A stretch of DNA of 63,652 nt, the filler included, from Nemertoderma westbladi (Eukaryota; Animalia; Xenacoelomorpha), in NCBI GenBank assembly GCA_032718475.1. It is 4 parts of 4 records of this genome, joined end to end, with 100 filler letters (N's around TTAATTAATTAA, not from the genome) between each part and the next. Parts side by side here need not be neighbours in the genome. Positions count along the whole stretch, not along the records: positions 60,204 to 63,652 come from JAUCBJ010004136.1; 3 more parts are not named here. One strand, given 5' to 3'. The position numbers were made by a program, and so were the translations under genes. Every line of letters begins with the position of its first letter. The stretch's first letter is position 1. The notes beneath the pieces were generated by a model. That model ran no database searches and was not told the origin of the DNA. It saw nothing but the letters and a program-made list of their open reading frames with translations. Shown here piece by piece: positions 61,038 to 63,652 of this stretch.

Positions 61038-63509
61038 CTACTGGAGCTTTTCAAAGTGGGCTTTCCAACCATTGAGGCGATCGGCTGGTGATTCTGCCTT
61101 AACCTTGGTGGTTGGTTGGCTTTTCCGCCCAGCAAGCAGATTGATCGATTTCCATGCCTGGGATGATTGCCTGCTGTCGTCAGCATCATTGATGGCATCA
61201 ACTTGTTGGTTTATTAGCTCCTGTAGATTAACAGAGTACTGCCTGTTCAGGGACCTAGATGCAGCTTTAACTGCATTCTTGGCCGCTGTAGTCTGTTTGA
61301 GTCGGGACTCTTTCTGCGCCTTATGAAGGTCATTTCGGCACTTCTGAATTTTGTTGTCAGTCCAGGGGGCCCTTTTCCTGTTTCGAGGGTATACAGGAAC
61401 TGTTTCTGCAGCTGCTAACTTAACTGCTTCTGTAAAGGCAGTATAGCCCTCACAGTGATCTGCCGCCTCAGAGGCAAGAGCCTCATACCTGTTGCTCAGC
61501 TGTAGTGTGAAGCTGGATCTCACACTTGGCTGTTGCAACAGAGAGGACCAGTCATGCCGTGGCAAGGCAGATTTCGTTGTTCTGCTAGCACGCAGACTAA
61601 GTCTTACCTTGGCCACAATAAGGCGGTGATCACTGGAGAAGGGTCGAAGTGTAAATGCATTACAGTCTTGTATAGAGCTCCTGTATTTCCTACGAAACAG
61701 AATATGGTCTATCTGGGACTTGTGACCACTGGGTCCACTATGAGTCCATAGCTTTCCAGTTCGCTTCTTGAACTGGGTTCCAGCCGAAAACAATCCATTT
61801 CCAGAGATAAAATCCTGAAGATGGACAGAATTTCGGTTAACACTATTGCTATAGACCCAGGGCGATGTAGGTGATTGATGCAGACTTGCATTAAAGTCTC
61901 CCAGGAATGTTAAGAATGCATGCTGATCCACTCCATCAGTTGCTGCTTGTAGATTGTGGTAGAAATTTTCCACCTCCTCTACAGGGGCAACACTAGTTGG
62001 AGAGTAGCACACAATCAGAACCACCTTAGGAAACTTCTTATCCAGTCTTCCAGAACATGAGAAGTGGCAACGGATGATGCGGTTAGAGATTTGGTCTATT
62101 TTGTCCAATGCTGCATGTGCAGTTGGATTCATCAATAGACCAATTCCACCATTGCCACTATCATCTGCTGACGTGAGGGCGAGTCGCCAACCGCCCCCCA
62201 TGTCCTTAATCAGAACCTCACCAGTCTGTCCAGTCTGCATTCGGTGCTCTTGAACACCCACTGCGCTAAGAGAAAGCTTATCTGCCAAGGCAGTCAGCTC
62301 ACCTTGTCGCATTGGGGACCCGAGTGTTAGGGTGTTTACTGAGGCTAGTCTAGTGACTTGCCTCAGATTCACCAATGGCTTTGTTTGTCGGGGTGGAACA
62401 TGAGAGTAGCCTCCAACTCCAGAACGTAGATGGGTGGTTGTTGAATCGAATGCCACTAGATCGCGGAGGTATTGCGGAATGGACTCTGTATATATGTTAT
62501 ACATATGGGACAAGTAGATCTGGTTGGTTTGCTCCTTGATCTGTAACCAGTTAATGGTGACAAAGTGGCTCGCGTCAATGTGGGCTCGTTTATCGAGAGA
62601 CAAACAGAAACGGATGCACTTTCTTTGTAGAGCATCAACTTGTCCTCTGAGACATGCTGATACGCTCGGGTACCAGCACAGTGCAGCGAAATCTATCAGA
62701 GGTTGGATGAGAGCGTTAGACAAGAGTCTGCGTAAAGGTTTATCGAGAACCCGAGAGATTTGATATAAGAATTTGAGGCACGAGTTACCCTTCCGAATTG
62801 CTTTGAGTGCCGCATACACCCCAGAGAGAGTTGCATCCAGACTGTATCCGAGATAGTTGACACTTTCGGATATCACTATGTCCTTGTCAAGATGCGATAT
62901 TTTAAAATTGTCAGTATTTGATAGACGTTGGTTGGAGCCGAATAACATTAGTTCAAACTTATCTGGGTGGATGTTGAGGCCATTGTCTGAAGCCCATTCC
63001 GAAACTCGTGATAACGTTTGTGTCAGCGACGTCTCTATGTCTCTTTGGTTTGATCCGTATTGCACCAAGCTTGTGTCATCTGCGTATTTAATGGCTAGTG
63101 GCAGTGTTGTGTTGCCGTGGCGTTGCATGGTGATGGGCCGTAGCGGCTTGGAGGTGCGTGGTGGCTCAGTGGCGCCAGAGGGGCGCAGTGGCTCGGGGGT
63201 ACTGGAGACGCCAGAGGGGCATAGCGTCTCGGGGGCGCTGGAGGGTAATAGCAGCTCGGTGACACTGGAGGGGCGCAGCGGCTCGGGGATGCTGGAGGGA
63301 TGCAGCGTCTCGGTGACCCTGGAGATGCGTAATGGCTCGGGGGCGCTGGAGGGTAGACGCGTCTCGGGGGCACCAGAGGGGCGCAGCAGGAGCGGCTCTG
63401 GTGCGCTTGAGACGCCGGAGGGGTTTAGCGGCTCAAGGGCGCCGGAGGGTAGTAGCGGCTCGGGGCTGTCTGTCAAGGCTTTTACGGGAGGCTGACCTAC
63501 AGATGCCAT
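61038..63509 (-). CDS. Chimeric 823-aa ORF: Pro/Ser repeats + LINE RT C-terminus + RTE-type APE endonuclease and linker
   Basis: PEPLRPS repeats (63130-63480). YADDT...W...N.L.I...K...YLG (from about 63086). Then SVNTLTL, GVQEHR, YSPT, GDFNA, QIDHIL, SDHRL. Whether it is expressed is unknown. Confidence 0.7.
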   Translation of the reverse strand: MASVGQPPVKALTDSPEPLLPSGALEPLNPSGVSSAPEPLLLRPSGAPETRLPSSAPEPLRISRVTETLHPSSIPEPLRPSSVTELLLPSSAPETLCPSGVSSTPEPLRPSGATEPPRTSKPLRPITMQRHGNTTLPLAIKYADDTSLVQYGSNQRDIETSLTQTLSRVSEWASDNGLNIHPDKFELMLFGSNQRLSNTDNFKISHLDKDIVISESVNYLGYSLDATLSGVYAALKAIRKGNSCLKFLYQISRVLDKPLRRLLSNALIQPLIDFAALCWYPSVSACLRGQVDALQRKCIRFCLSLDKRAHIDASHFVTINWLQIKEQTNQIYLSHMYNIYTESIPQYLRDLVAFDSTTTHLRSGVGGYSHVPPRQTKPLVNLRQVTRLASVNTLTLGSPMRQGELTALADKLSLSAVGVQEHRMQTGQTGEVLIKDMGGGWRLALTSADDSGNGGIGLLMNPTAHAALDKIDQISNRIIRCHFSCSGRLDKKFPKVVLIVCYSPTSVAPVEEVENFYHNLQAATDGVDQHAFLTFLGDFNASLHQSPTSPWVYSNSVNRNSVHLQDFISGNGLFSAGTQFKKRTGKLWTHSGPSGHKSQIDHILFRRKYRSSIQDCNAFTLRPFSSDHRLIVAKVRLSLRASRTTKSALPRHDWSSLLQQPSVRSSFTLQLSNRYEALASEAADHCEGYTAFTEAVKLAAAETVPVYPRNRKRAPWTDNKIQKCRNDLHKAQKESRLKQTTAAKNAVKAASRSLNRQYSVNLQELINQQVDAINDADDSRQSSQAWKSINLLAGRKSQPTTKVKAESPADRLNGWKAHFEKLQ

Positions 63510-63652
63510 TACGAGTCTGTCTGAGTGTTATCAAGTGCCTTGGGGTACCTGCCGCACAGCAGGAACATTCACAAGAGTATGTATGTATATATATATATTA
63601 TCTAATATATATATCTGAACTGAATGTACAACCAATTACTGTAAGTATAAAG

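Overview
Animal (metazoan) genomic DNA, AT-rich and dominated by transposons. The window is four contigs joined by artificial 100-nt spacers (44N-TTAATTAATTAA-44N at 19015, 34951 and 60104), so adjacency across them is unproven. Two host genes are well supported: a 4-exon OLA1 (4151-6237, +) and an intronless SPATA6-family gene (27524-28987, -). SPATA6 may sit in an intron of an opposite-strand gene. There are also several orphan exon chains. The rest is a nested TE landscape: hAT MITEs with 8-bp TSDs, an intron-containing divergent hAT transposase, a two-gene EnSpm/CACTA-like element split by an RTE LINE with an 11-bp TSD, piggyBac, BEL/Pao gag plus a solo LTR, a Gypsy-like LTR/gag, two CRE-type LINE families, Helentron/HINE-like repeats and many minisatellites, including a 4.3-kb 21-bp array with higher-order structure. 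No CRISPR array, rRNA or convincing tRNA gene was seen. The best leads for something undescribed are an unclassified tyrosine-recombinase relic (about 39.9-40.6 kb) and an uninterrupted 823-aa chimeric ORF (Pro-rich repeats + RT thumb + intact APE endonuclease, in reversed domain order). That ORF ends next to a near-perfect 240-bp palindrome, and the same CCTACTACTG terminus truncates both it and the BEL gag. All family assignments come from motif recognition by eye, not database searches.
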